From Bacillota bacterium (GTDB lineage Bacteria > Bacillota_I > Bacilli_A > RF39 > UBA660): 64,000 nucleotides of DNA. The number at the start of each line of letters is the position of its first letter. Position 1 is the first letter of the stretch. The notes beneath the pieces are model-generated. The model did no database searches. It was given only the letters and a program-made list of their open reading frames with translations, and was not told the origin of the DNA. Both the position numbers and the translations under genes were made by a program. The DNA lies in the NCBI GenBank assembly GCA_015059365.1, contig SVAO01000001.1:78153-142152 (forward strand), in the 5' to 3' direction. Below are positions 19,979 to 30,330 of this stretch, in pieces.

Positions 19979-22201
19979 ATGAAAAAAATTGTTGGTAAAA
20001 TTATTATTTTAATTATTTTGTTTTTAGGTTCAATTGCTATTTTAATTCCAACTTTAAACAATACTAATTTTGGTTTAGATCTGAGTGGTGGTTTTGAGGT
20101 TTTATATCAAGTAAGTTCTTTAGATGGAAGCCCTATGACGCATGACAAAATTAGTGCAACATATAAAACTATCAGTAAAAGAATTGATACGTTAGGAGTA
20201 TCTGAACCTAATATTGTAGTTGAAGGAGAAGATCGAATTCGGGTTGAACTTGCCGGAGTTACAAATAGTGAAGAGGCACGTAATACATTAAGTAAGGTTG
20301 CTAGTTTATCATTTCGAGATACCAATGATAATTTGCTTATGAATAGTGATGTTATAAGTGGAGCTAAAATAGGTAGTGATGCAAGTGGTCGACCAGCAGT
20401 TGCACTAAGTGTTAAAGATAAGAATACTTTTTATAAAATAACTAAACAAGTTAGTGAAATGAGTGATAATAGAATAGTTATATGGTTAGATTATGAAGAA
20501 GATAATTCTTTTAAAACTGAAGAAAATAATTGTGGAAGTTTAACAAATTCAAAATGCTTAAGTGTAGCAAGTGTTGGAGAGGGTTTTGCTAGCGATGTAA
20601 TTATTCAAGGGAATTTTACAATGGAAGAAGTAGAAGGATTAGTGGATTTAATTAATTCTGGTAGTCTTCCAACTAAATTAGAGGAGATTTCTTCTAAGAC
20701 GGTTAATGCTTCATTAGGAGAAGATGCTTTAAATAAAACATTTACTGCAAGCGTAATAGGAATAACTTTAATTATGCTAGTTATAATAATCATTTATAAG
20801 TTTGCAGGCTTTGTTGCGAGTGTTGGTTTAATGATTTATTCGGCTTTTACATTCTTATTATTTTGGTTAGTTGGTGGAGTTCTTACGCTTCCTGGTATTG
20901 CTGCAGCAGTAATAGGTATAGGCATGGCGGTTGATTCTTGCGTTATTAGTTTTTCACGAATTAAAGATGAACTAAAATCTGGTTCCAAACTAAAAGAAGC
21001 AGTTACTAACGGTAATAAAAATTCATTTGTGTCTATTTTTGATGCTAATATTACTACATTGATAGTTGCAATAATTTTATTTATATTTGGAGAAAGTAGT
21101 GTTAAAGGATTTGCTACTATGCTAATTATCAGTATATTTGTTACAATGTTTGTAATGGTATTTATAGTTAGATGGTTAATAAATATGGTAGTTAATACTA
21201 AATATTTTGATGACAAAGAAAAATTATTTGTTGGATTTAACAAAAATAAAACAGCAGAACCGTTTTCTAAACTTGATTTTGTTAAAACTCGCAAATGGTC
21301 TTTTCCATGTGCAATAATTCTTCTTATAGTAGGTGTTATTTCGCTTATAACCGTGGGTCTAAATTTAGGAATTGATTTTAAGGGTGGGACATCCATCACA
21401 ATTAAGTATGAAAATTCATTAACAGAAGAAAAAATAAAAGAAGATTTAGAATCAATGAATTATAGTGTTTATAGTCAGGAATTGATAGATGAAAATACAA
21501 GTATTGTAAAGATAAGTAACACACTGAATAAAGATGAAGTGTTAAGCGTTAGTAATCATTTTAAAGATAAATATGATGCATCCACAGATATTGGTGTGGT
21601 ATCTAATTTAGTTAAAAAAGACTTGGTTAAAAATGCGTTTATTTCAGTAATCTTAGCTTCTGTAGGTATAATTATTTATATCACCTGTAGATTTAAATTC
21701 AGTTATGCAATAAGTGGTATTATCGCATTAGTTCATGATGTATTCTTTATAATCGCATTATTTAGTTTATTTCGCTTAGAAGTGTCTAGTATATTTATTG
21801 CTGCTATTCTTTCTATTATTGGATATTCTATAAATGATACGATTGTTACTTTTGATCGTATTCGTGAAAAAATAAAAAATAATAAAAACATAGTTAATTC
21901 TGAAGAAGAATTGAATAATATAATTAACTCTGGTTTAAAAGATACAGTTGGTAGAAGTTTAGTTACAACCTTAACAACTTTAATTCCAGTAATATGTTTA
22001 ATCATTTTTGGCTCTCATGAAATTAATAATTTCAACATTGCTTTATTATTTGGATTAGTCAGTGGGACATATTCTTCTGTATTTATTGCTTGTCAAATTT
22101 TTGGATTGTTATTTAAAGGTAATATAGGTAAAGATTTAATTAAAAAAGATGATGATGACGATGAACCTGAGGAAAAAATTATAAAAGGGATTAATGGATA
22201 G
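19979..22201 (+). CDS. secDF: protein translocase subunit SecDF (fused)
   Basis: 740 aa, two periplasmic domains and 12 TM, SecD/SecF family motifs. Confidence 0.9.
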   Translation: MKKIVGKIIILIILFLGSIAILIPTLNNTNFGLDLSGGFEVLYQVSSLDGSPMTHDKISATYKTISKRIDTLGVSEPNIVVEGEDRIRVELAGVTNSEEARNTLSKVASLSFRDTNDNLLMNSDVISGAKIGSDASGRPAVALSVKDKNTFYKITKQVSEMSDNRIVIWLDYEEDNSFKTEENNCGSLTNSKCLSVASVGEGFASDVIIQGNFTMEEVEGLVDLINSGSLPTKLEEISSKTVNASLGEDALNKTFTASVIGITLIMLVIIIIYKFAGFVASVGLMIYSAFTFLLFWLVGGVLTLPGIAAAVIGIGMAVDSCVISFSRIKDELKSGSKLKEAVTNGNKNSFVSIFDANITTLIVAIILFIFGESSVKGFATMLIISIFVTMFVMVFIVRWLINMVVNTKYFDDKEKLFVGFNKNKTAEPFSKLDFVKTRKWSFPCAIILLIVGVISLITVGLNLGIDFKGGTSITIKYENSLTEEKIKEDLESMNYSVYSQELIDENTSIVKISNTLNKDEVLSVSNHFKDKYDASTDIGVVSNLVKKDLVKNAFISVILASVGIIIYITCRFKFSYAISGIIALVHDVFFIIALFSLFRLEVSSIFIAAILSIIGYSINDTIVTFDRIREKIKNNKNIVNSEEELNNIINSGLKDTVGRSLVTTLTTLIPVICLIIFGSHEINNFNIALLFGLVSGTYSSVFIACQIFGLLFKGNIGKDLIKKDDDDDEPEEKIIKGING

Positions 22202-22216
22202 TCCAAAAAACACTTT

Positions 22217-22241
22217 AGAATATCTTTAGATATTCTTTTTT
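22217..22241 (+). terminator. rho-independent terminator after secDF
   Basis: agaatatc-ttta-gatattct followed by TTTTT. Confidence 0.7.
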
Positions 22242-22299
22242 ATACCCTAGGCAATTATGTGAAAATAGTGTATAATTAGTTTGTATTGGAGGGGTAAAT

Positions 22300-23571
22300 A
22301 TGTTTATAGATGAGGTATTAATAGATTTGTTTGCTGGTGATGGTGGAAATGGTTGTATGGCTTTTCGTCGTGAAAAATATATTGAAATGGGAGGACCTTA
22401 TGGTGGTAACGGTGGAAAGGGTGCTGATATAATATTTGAAGTTGATGAAGGATTAAATACATTAATAGATCTGCGTTATAGACGTTGTATAAAAGGAGAT
22501 AAAGGAGAAAATGGTTTAGGTAAAGGAATGCATGGAGCGAATGCTAATGATATTGTTGTTAGAGTTCCTCAAGGAACTGTTATTACTGATGTAGATACAG
22601 GTCTAGTAATCGGGGATTTAACAAAACATAAAGACCGAGTTATTGTTGCAAAAGGTGGACGTGGAGGTCGTGGAAATATGGCTTTCGCAACACACTCTAA
22701 TCCTGCACCAAGTTTTTGTGAAAATGGAGAACCTGGTGAAATAAAAAAGGTTAAGGTTGAACTTAAACTTTTAGCTGATGTCGGTTTAGTTGGAATGCCT
22801 AGTGTAGGAAAATCTACTTTGATTTCGAAAATTTCAGCAGCTAAACCAAAGATTGCAGAATATCACTTTACAACTTTAAAACCTAATTTAGGTGTAGTAA
22901 AAGCAAGTAATGATAGGTCGTTTGTTGTTGCAGATTTACCTGGGCTTATTGAAGGGGCTTCATTAGGAGAAGGTTTAGGAGATAGATTTTTACGTCATAT
23001 AGAAAGAACTAGAGTAATTGCACATATAATTGATATCAGTGGTTTTGAAGGACGAGACCCTTATGAAGACTATATGATTATAAATAATGAATTAAGAACT
23101 TTTAATGAAAAAATAATAAAAAAACCTCAAATTGTAATAGCTAATAAAATAGATTTACCCGGTGCTTTAGAAAATTTAGAAGAATTTAAGAAGAAAGTAG
23201 ATGTTCCTATTTATCCTGTTTCTGCATTAACTGTAAAAGGTTTAGAACACGTTATAAATATTTTAGCTGATATGTTGGACGGTATAAAAAAAGAACCTTT
23301 ATATGAAGAACAAGAATTTGAAAGTCATGTATTATATAAATTTGAAGCAGAAGAACCTTTTAGTATTATAAAGGAAGATGATACATGGGTTATTAAGGGT
23401 GAGCAACCAGAAAAAATGCTTAGAATGACAAAATTTAATTCTGATGAATCAGTTTTGCGTTTTTCAAATAAATTAAAACGTATGGGAATAGATTCTAAAT
23501 TACGTGAAATGGGTGCACAAACAGGTGATAATGTAAGAATATTAGATTTTGAATTTGAATTTAAGGAATAA
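22300..23571 (+). CDS. obg: GTPase Obg
   Basis: Obg fold N-terminal glycine-rich domain, G1 GMPSVGKST, G3 DLPG, G4 NKID, OCT domain. Confidence 0.9.
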   Translation: MFIDEVLIDLFAGDGGNGCMAFRREKYIEMGGPYGGNGGKGADIIFEVDEGLNTLIDLRYRRCIKGDKGENGLGKGMHGANANDIVVRVPQGTVITDVDTGLVIGDLTKHKDRVIVAKGGRGGRGNMAFATHSNPAPSFCENGEPGEIKKVKVELKLLADVGLVGMPSVGKSTLISKISAAKPKIAEYHFTTLKPNLGVVKASNDRSFVVADLPGLIEGASLGEGLGDRFLRHIERTRVIAHIIDISGFEGRDPYEDYMIINNELRTFNEKIIKKPQIVIANKIDLPGALENLEEFKKKVDVPIYPVSALTVKGLEHVINILADMLDGIKKEPLYEEQEFESHVLYKFEAEEPFSIIKEDDTWVIKGEQPEKMLRMTKFNSDESVLRFSNKLKRMGIDSKLREMGAQTGDNVRILDFEFEFKE

Positions 23572-23653
23572 CTATTAATTTTAATAGTTTTTTTCATAAA
23601 ATGTATAAAAAACAAAAATAATGTTGTATAATGATAGTAGGAGATGATTAATA

Positions 23654-24973
23654 ATGATTTATCATTTTATAGGAATAAAGGGAACGGGAATGGGAGCACT
23701 AGCTCAAATAATGAAATCTTTAGGATATGAAGTGCAAGGAAGTGATAAAGATGATCATTTTTTTACTGAGGATGCGTTGATAGAAGCAGGAATCCCAATA
23801 TTATCTTTTGATAGTAACAACATTAAAGAAAATATGGTTATTGTACAAGGTAATGCATTTAGAAATGATAATGTTGAAGTGGCTCGGGCACTAGAATTAA
23901 ATTTAAAAATATATACATATCAAGAAATGGTAGGCAGACTTACAGAAATGTTTATGACTATAGGAGTTTCTGGATGTCATGGAAAGACAACAACTACTTC
24001 GATGATGGCACACGTACTTAAAAATACGGTTGGATGTAATTATTTGATTGGTGATGGCAGTGGTTACGCAAGTAAAGAAAATAAATACTTTTGTTTAGAA
24101 GCTTGTGAATATAAACGTCATTTTTTGGCATATTCTCCTTATTATGCTATTATAACTAACATTGAATTAGATCATATAGATTATTACAAAGATATAGATG
24201 ATGTAATTCTTGCTTATCAAGAATATGCTAATAAAGCAGAAAAGATGGTTTTAGCTTGTGGTGATGATCCATATACACATACTTTGGAAGTTAATCCGCC
24301 AATATTCTATTATGGACTGAATGATGACAATGATATAATTGCAAAAGATGTTGAATACACAAATGAAGGAACAAGTTTTGATGTATTTGTAGAAGATAAT
24401 TATTATGGTCATTTTGATCTTCCGCTATATGGTAAACATATGCTATTAAATGCCTTGGCAGTTATTGGTGTTTGTTATTATGAAAGAATGGAAGCTAAGG
24501 ATGTTGCTAAATATTTAAAGACATTCCAAGGTGCTAAAAGACGTTTTAAAGAAAATACCATCGGAGATATTGTAACAATTGATGATTATGCACATCATCC
24601 AACAGAAGTAAAAGTTACTATAAAAGCGGCTCGTCAAAAATATCCAAATAAAAAAATAGTTGCCCTTTTAAAAACTCATACTTTGTCACGCACCAAAGAA
24701 ATGGCTGATGATTTTGTAGAAGCTTTAAATTTAGCTGATTGTTCATATGTTACTGATATTGGAGTTGATAGATTTGAAGAAGGATATGATGATGTTGATT
24801 ACCATGTTATTTTAGATAAACTTGATAATGGTAAGTATATGAGTTTAGATAATGTAAATGATTTGCTACAGTATGAAAATGCAGTTTTAATTTTTATGAG
24901 TAGTAAAGATATTTACGTTATTCAAAGAGAATATGAAAAACGTTTAAAAGAGAAATTAGGAATAGTTGAGTAA
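23654..24973 (+). CDS. murC: UDP-N-acetylmuramate--L-alanine ligase
   Basis: N-terminal GIKGTGM, Mur ligase P-loop GVSGCHGKTTTT. Confidence 0.85.
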   Translation: MIYHFIGIKGTGMGALAQIMKSLGYEVQGSDKDDHFFTEDALIEAGIPILSFDSNNIKENMVIVQGNAFRNDNVEVARALELNLKIYTYQEMVGRLTEMFMTIGVSGCHGKTTTTSMMAHVLKNTVGCNYLIGDGSGYASKENKYFCLEACEYKRHFLAYSPYYAIITNIELDHIDYYKDIDDVILAYQEYANKAEKMVLACGDDPYTHTLEVNPPIFYYGLNDDNDIIAKDVEYTNEGTSFDVFVEDNYYGHFDLPLYGKHMLLNALAVIGVCYYERMEAKDVAKYLKTFQGAKRRFKENTIGDIVTIDDYAHHPTEVKVTIKAARQKYPNKKIVALLKTHTLSRTKEMADDFVEALNLADCSYVTDIGVDRFEEGYDDVDYHVILDKLDNGKYMSLDNVNDLLQYENAVLIFMSSKDIYVIQREYEKRLKEKLGIVE

Positions 24974-25048
24974 AAATACTTAACTATTTTTTTATGATAA
25001 AAAGGAATTTATCAAAAAAGTTAGTATATTAATGATGAAAGGAGGATT

Positions 25049-25723
25049 ATGAATATATTAATATATTTTTTAAGAAAGTATAAATTTATATTAATTACAT
25101 TTTTAATAATAGTGTTAGTATATATCTTTTTTAATTCTTTTAAAAATGAATCAAATGAAGTGATTGATTTTGTAGATAAAGAAATTGAAATTTCTGATAA
25201 TGTATCGGGTAATATAAAAATAAATATTAAAGGAGCAATTAAAAATCCTGGAGTATATGAGATTGGAAGTGACGCAAGAGTAGAAGATGCGATAAAGTTA
25301 GCAGGAGGTTTAACGGAAGATGCGGATACAAGTATTATTAATTTGAGCAGGAAATTAACTGATGAGAATGTAATTATCGTATATACTAAATCAGAAGTTA
25401 AAAAAATAAAAAATGGTAATGTTGTAATTCAATATATTGAGAATGAGTGTAATTGTCCGGAATATGAAAATAGTGCGTGTATTGATCCAGATATTTTGAT
25501 TAATGATAAAGAAGAAAACACAACTTCAAATAAAAAGATTTCTATTAATAAAGCCACAATAGAAGAATTACAAACTTTACCTGGAATAGGGGAGTCTAAG
25601 GCAAAATTAATTATTGAGTATAGAAAAAATAATGGTAATTTTAAAAGTATTGATGAAATTAAGAATGTAAAGGGAATTGGAGATGCAGTTTTTAATAAAA
25701 TTAAAGACGATATTACCATTTAG
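25049..25723 (+). CDS. comEA: competence protein ComEA (DNA receptor, HhH)
   Basis: N-terminal TM, SLBB-like domain, C-terminal tandem helix-hairpin-helix LPGIGESKAKLII...VKGIGDAVFNKI. Confidence 0.8.
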   Translation: MNILIYFLRKYKFILITFLIIVLVYIFFNSFKNESNEVIDFVDKEIEISDNVSGNIKINIKGAIKNPGVYEIGSDARVEDAIKLAGGLTEDADTSIINLSRKLTDENVIIVYTKSEVKKIKNGNVVIQYIENECNCPEYENSACIDPDILINDKEENTTSNKKISINKATIEELQTLPGIGESKAKLIIEYRKNNGNFKSIDEIKNVKGIGDAVFNKIKDDITI

Positions 25724-27728
25724 AATATTAATAATAGTAATAACTTTTTTATATTGTTTTGTGTATTTAACCATGAAACCTATTTCTAAATTTGATATTA
25801 TTGATACTAAGTTTATAGGTGTTATAGAAGATATCAAAGAAAAAGATAATAAGGTTCAAATTGTTTTGAAATCAAAAGAAAAACTATTAATAAATTATTA
25901 TTTAGATGGTGAAGAAAAATTTGAATATGATTTAGGTGATAAAATTTTAGTTATTGGTAAATTAAACACCCCTAGCAATAATACTAATTTTAATTTATTT
26001 AATTATAAAAAATATTTACTTAGTAAAAAAATAAATTATCAAGTTGATGCATTAGAAGTATCTTTGGTTAAAAGTAATACCAATTTTATATATGTCCTAA
26101 AAAACATGTTGATTGAAAAAATAGAAAAGTTAGATAATAAAACATATTTGCGAGCCTTTATATTAGGTGATACTAGTCAAATACCTGATAAAATAAAAAA
26201 ATCGTATCAAACTAACGGCATTAGTCACCTGTTTAGTGTATCTGGTATGCATGTAAGTTTTATATCAGGTATTTTATTTTTTATTTTACGTAGATTCAAT
26301 AAAAAAACTAAAAATATAATTATAATTCCTATTTTATTTTTTTTGGCTTTTTTAGTAAATTTTTCTCCTTCTGTTATGAGAACAATTTTAATGATAGTTT
26401 TAATATTAGTTAATAGGTTTTTAAATTTAAACATAAAAACATTTGATTTGTTCATTATATTGATTTGCTTGTTTTTGATATATAATCCATATTATATTTA
26501 TAATACTGGTTTTTTATATAGTTTTATCATAACTGGTTTTCTAATTTATTATAAAGATACATTGAAATCAAAAAACTATATATTAAATGTATTAAAAATA
26601 TCATTAATTGCTTTTTTATCAGGTATGCCTATCACTATGTATAATTCATTTGAAATTAATTTTTTAAGTCCATTTTTAAATTTATTATTTGTTCCATTAG
26701 TAACTTTTATAATATTTCCATTATCTTTTTTAACTTTAATATTCCCAACGTTAACACCAGTACATTTATTTTTTATAAATATCATGGAATCAATAAGCTT
26801 ATTTTTTGGCGATATAAACATTTTAAAATTTACGTTTGCTAAGCCTCACTTAATTATAATTCTTTTTTATTATATTGTTATAATAACTATTTTAAAAAAC
26901 AAAAAATATTTAGTGATATTGTTAGGAATATTGATAATTCATACAAATGCTTCTAAATTTAAATTTAATTACAATGTTACATTTTTAGATGTAGGACAAG
27001 GTGATTCATTATTGTTAGAGTTGCCATATGACAAAGGTAATATTTTAATAGATACAGGTGGAACTTTTACATTAAGTAGTAATTATATTAGTAATAATAC
27101 AATAATCCCATATTTAAAATCATTAGGAATTAAAAGTCTAAAATATCTAATAGTTACACATGGTGACTACGACCACATGGGAGAAGCAATAAATCTAGTA
27201 AATAATTTTAAAGTAGAGAAAGTAATATTTAATTGCGGAGAATTTAATGATTTAGAAAAAGAATTAATCAAAGTATTAGATAAAAAGAAAATTAAATACT
27301 ATTCATGTATTAAAGAATTAAATATTGATAATAACAAATTATATTTTTTAAACAATAAATTATATGACAATGAAAATGATAATTCAAATGTAATTTATAC
27401 TGAACTTAATAATTATAAGTTTCTATTTATGGGAGATGCTGGAATAGAAGTCGAAGAAGATTTAATTGAAAAATATAAATTACAAGATATAGATGTATTA
27501 AAAGTAGGACATCATGGGAGTAAGACAAGTAGTGGTAAAGAATTTATTAATGAGATTAATCCAAAGTATTCGATAATATCAGTCGGCAAGAATAATCGGT
27601 ATGGTCATCCAAATAAAGAAGTATTAGATAATTTAAAAGAATCAAAAATATATAGAACAGATAAAGATGGAGGTGTTATGTTTAAGATTAAAAATAATAT
27701 ATTACAAATTGAAACATGTATATCATAG
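25677..27728 (+). CDS. comEC: DNA internalization competence protein ComEC/Rec2
   Basis: polytopic competence domain plus C-terminal metallo-beta-lactamase domain (FLDVGQGDS, HGDYDH); overlaps comEA 3' end, exact start uncertain. Confidence 0.8.
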   Translation: MEMQFLIKLKTILPFRILIIVITFLYCFVYLTMKPISKFDIIDTKFIGVIEDIKEKDNKVQIVLKSKEKLLINYYLDGEEKFEYDLGDKILVIGKLNTPSNNTNFNLFNYKKYLLSKKINYQVDALEVSLVKSNTNFIYVLKNMLIEKIEKLDNKTYLRAFILGDTSQIPDKIKKSYQTNGISHLFSVSGMHVSFISGILFFILRRFNKKTKNIIIIPILFFLAFLVNFSPSVMRTILMIVLILVNRFLNLNIKTFDLFIILICLFLIYNPYYIYNTGFLYSFIITGFLIYYKDTLKSKNYILNVLKISLIAFLSGMPITMYNSFEINFLSPFLNLLFVPLVTFIIFPLSFLTLIFPTLTPVHLFFINIMESISLFFGDINILKFTFAKPHLIIILFYYIVIITILKNKKYLVILLGILIIHTNASKFKFNYNVTFLDVGQGDSLLLELPYDKGNILIDTGGTFTLSSNYISNNTIIPYLKSLGIKSLKYLIVTHGDYDHMGEAINLVNNFKVEKVIFNCGEFNDLEKELIKVLDKKKIKYYSCIKELNIDNNKLYFLNNKLYDNENDNSNVIYTELNNYKFLFMGDAGIEVEEDLIEKYKLQDIDVLKVGHHGSKTSSGKEFINEINPKYSIISVGKNNRYGHPNKEVLDNLKESKIYRTDKDGGVMFKIKNNILQIETCIS

Positions 27729-27739
27729 AAAGGAGTAAT

Positions 27740-28624
27740 ATGAATTATTATAATGAGATAAAGAACGAATTAATAAATAATGAAATAAATAGAAAAGTAA
27801 AAAGTTATTCAATTAATAAAAGTGATTTAAATACTTATTACAATGTTGGAAAAATGTTAAGTGAAGCTGGCAAACATTATGGTGAAGGAATAATAAAAGA
27901 GTATTCTAAAAAATTAACTAATGAGTTAGGAAAAGGTTATACTCAATCAAGATTAAGATATTTTAGAAGATTTTATGATGTATTTTCAAAATGTCTGACA
28001 CTGTCGGACAAATTGTCATATTCTCATTATTGTGAATTGATATGGAATGATGATATTAATAAAATTAATTATTATATAAACATATCAATTATTCAAAATC
28101 TATCTGTAAGGCAATTAAGAGAAAAAATAAAAATAAATGAATATGAAAGATTACCGGAAGATTCAAAAAATAAATTAATTTCAAAAGAGAAATCGACAGT
28201 AGAAGATTTTGTTAAAAGTCCAATAATAATTAAAAATAATAATAACTATGAAATTATATCCGAGAAGATTTTACAAAAATTAATTTTAGAAGATATAGAA
28301 TCTTTTATGAAAGAATTAGGGAATTCATTTTGTTTTATTGGAAGCGAATATAAAATTAGAGTAGGTAATAGCTTTAATTATATAGATTTACTTTTATTTA
28401 ATTATGAATATAATTGCTTCGTAGTAGTTGAATTAAAAATAACAGAATTGAAGAAAGAACATATTGGTCAAATACAAATTTATATGAATTACATAGATGA
28501 AAATTTAAGAAAGATTAATCAAGATAAGACTATTGGAATAATAATTTGCAAACAAGATAAGAAATATGTAATAAAATATTGTTCTGATGATAGGATAATT
28601 TCACGTGAATACGAGTTAGTATGA
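27740..28624 (+). CDS. DUF1016/YhcG-like PD-(D/E)xK nuclease family protein
   Basis: N-terminal DUF1016_N-like motif GEGIIKEYSKKLTNELGKGYTQSRLRYFRRFY; C-terminal IDLLLFN...VVVELK (D...ExK) restriction-endonuclease-like core; start moved to ATG 27740 after GGAG. Confidence 0.55.
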   Translation: MNYYNEIKNELINNEINRKVKSYSINKSDLNTYYNVGKMLSEAGKHYGEGIIKEYSKKLTNELGKGYTQSRLRYFRRFYDVFSKCLTLSDKLSYSHYCELIWNDDINKINYYINISIIQNLSVRQLREKIKINEYERLPEDSKNKLISKEKSTVEDFVKSPIIIKNNNNYEIISEKILQKLILEDIESFMKELGNSFCFIGSEYKIRVGNSFNYIDLLLFNYEYNCFVVVELKITELKKEHIGQIQIYMNYIDENLRKINQDKTIGIIICKQDKKYVIKYCSDDRIISREYELV

Positions 28625-28649
28625 TATAATAAATAATGGAAGTGATAGT

Positions 28650-29234
28650 ATGACTTATAATAAATTACTAGAAATGTTGTTATCTTATGATGTGTATGAT
28701 CAATTGAAACAAAATGAACAAGTAATATTTAAACTTATTCCAGAATTAAAAATGTGCAAAGGGTTTGAACAAAATAGTAAATGGCATATTTTTGATGTTT
28801 ATGAACATACTTTACATGTTGTATCAGGAGTAGATAATAATATATATTTAAGACTATCAGCATTATTTCATGATATTGGAAAACCAAATTCTTATACAGA
28901 AGACAGTAATGGAGTGGGGCATTTTTATAATCATTGGAATGAATCAATCAAAATATTCAAAAAATATCAAGAAAGTTTTTGCTTATCAAATGAAGAAATT
29001 ATATTAATTACTAATTTAATTTTTTATCATGATATTAACATTGATAAAATGACTGATGAAGAAATTAATAATATGATAATATCAATTGGAATATTAAACC
29101 TTGGTTTATTATTTTCATTAAAAAGAGCAGATTTGTTAGCACAATCCCCAGACTTTCATAACTTATTATCAAAAATTAATAATCAAGAAAAAAATATAAT
29201 TAAAGTGAGAAGATTAAATTATCCTAAAGACTAG
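28650..29234 (+). CDS. stand-alone HD-domain phosphohydrolase
   Basis: H...HD metal-binding signature (KWHIFDVYEHTLHVV, LFHDIGKP), 194 aa. Confidence 0.6.
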   Translation: MTYNKLLEMLLSYDVYDQLKQNEQVIFKLIPELKMCKGFEQNSKWHIFDVYEHTLHVVSGVDNNIYLRLSALFHDIGKPNSYTEDSNGVGHFYNHWNESIKIFKKYQESFCLSNEEIILITNLIFYHDINIDKMTDEEINNMIISIGILNLGLLFSLKRADLLAQSPDFHNLLSKINNQEKNIIKVRRLNYPKD

Positions 29235-29252
29235 AAATAGTCTTTTTTTTTT
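29227..29252 (+). terminator. rho-independent terminator after HD gene
   Basis: aagacta-gaaa-tagtctt followed by T10. Confidence 0.7.
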
Positions 29253-29269
29253 ATAAATAAATGGGATTC

Positions 29270-29424
29270 CATTAGTATGCATAAACGATAGTCACCACCT
29301 GGAGACTACGACCATATGGGTGAAGCGATTAATATGATAGAAAAATTTAAAGTGGAGAAGGTAATCTTTAATTGTGGCGAATTTAATAATTTTGAACAAG
29401 AACTGACAAAATTTTAGATAATGA
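29270..29424 (+). pseudogene. degenerate duplicate of an internal comEC segment (about 78% nt identity to 27130-27290)
   Basis: direct read: ggagactacgaccatatgggtgaagcgattaat...ttaattgtggcgaatttaat aligns to comEC gtgactacgaccacatgggagaagcaataaat...ttaattgcggagaatttaat; translation GDYDHMGEAINMIEKFKVEKVIFNCGEFNNFEQEL then stop. Confidence 0.65.
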
Positions 29425-29640
29425 GAAAATAGAATAGGTGGTAACAAAAAATGGTAATGTCATTTTTTTGTTATTAGAATAATTATTATATGCATCAATT
29501 TATGAATTTTGAGTATATTATTATTAAGGATATAAATATTTAATATTATTGGTAAAACAAAATTATAATTTTAATAACAATTGTTTTTTAGTACGCTAAC
29601 GTTTTAGCGTTTATATATAGATGAAGCATCAGCTTCAAAA

Positions 29641-29666
29641 AAAGATTAGTTTTCTAATCTTTTTTT
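29641..29666. terminator. bidirectional rho-independent terminator
   Basis: aagattag-tttt-ctaatctt flanked by A-run and T-run; directly downstream of the minus-strand gene ending at 29678. Confidence 0.7.
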
Positions 29667-29677
29667 ATGTTTCTAAA

Positions 29678-30217
29678 TTATTTTATTAAATAAGTATTTA
29701 TTCCGTATTTTTCTTTTATTGGATCAAAGAAAAAATCATTATAAAGAGGATAATAAGTAAAATATGCAAACACAACTATAATTGATATAATAATACCAAT
29801 ACAAATATAATTTAATAATTGATTATTTTTATTAGTCAAAATGTAAAAACTGACAATTTGAGAAAATATAATAGAAATAAATAAAAATAATAGTGTTATA
29901 AATATGTTTTCTCCGATTTTATAATATATTGGTAGCCATATAAGCAAGAATATTCCTATACAAGATAATGCACTAATTAAAATGTTTAGAAAGAAATTAT
30001 TTTTAGGCTGTTTAAATTTAATCAATAAAATGTAATCAATAATTCCATATAGTACAAATGTAGTAAAAATTAATTTTAAATGTTCAAAAATACTTTCGTT
30101 GACCGGAAAAAATACAGCAAATAAGTTATTGGGAAAAATATCATAGACAAAATGAAAAAGACTCATTAAGATAAATAAACAAAAAACTGCAATTATTTTA
30201 ATTTTTTTTAAATTCAT
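29678..30217 (-). CDS. hypothetical integral membrane protein (5-6 TM)
   Basis: 179 aa hydrophobic ORF with RBS AGGTGAG. Confidence 0.5.
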   Translation of the reverse strand: MNLKKIKIIAVFCLFILMSLFHFVYDIFPNNLFAVFFPVNESIFEHLKLIFTTFVLYGIIDYILLIKFKQPKNNFFLNILISALSCIGIFLLIWLPIYYKIGENIFITLLFLFISIIFSQIVSFYILTNKNNQLLNYICIGIIISIIVVFAYFTYYPLYNDFFFDPIKEKYGINTYLIK

Positions 30218-30330
30218 ATAAGCTCACCTAGTGTTATTATATGAATTTTTAATAAAAATATAAAAAAACATTATAAAAAAAAGGAAATAGACAACTTTTG
30301 TCGTATATTAATATTAGGAGCGTGATATAT

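Noticed and set aside
20836-21399. 187-aa minus-strand ORF inside secDF
   Set aside because: Antisense to conserved SecDF TM region
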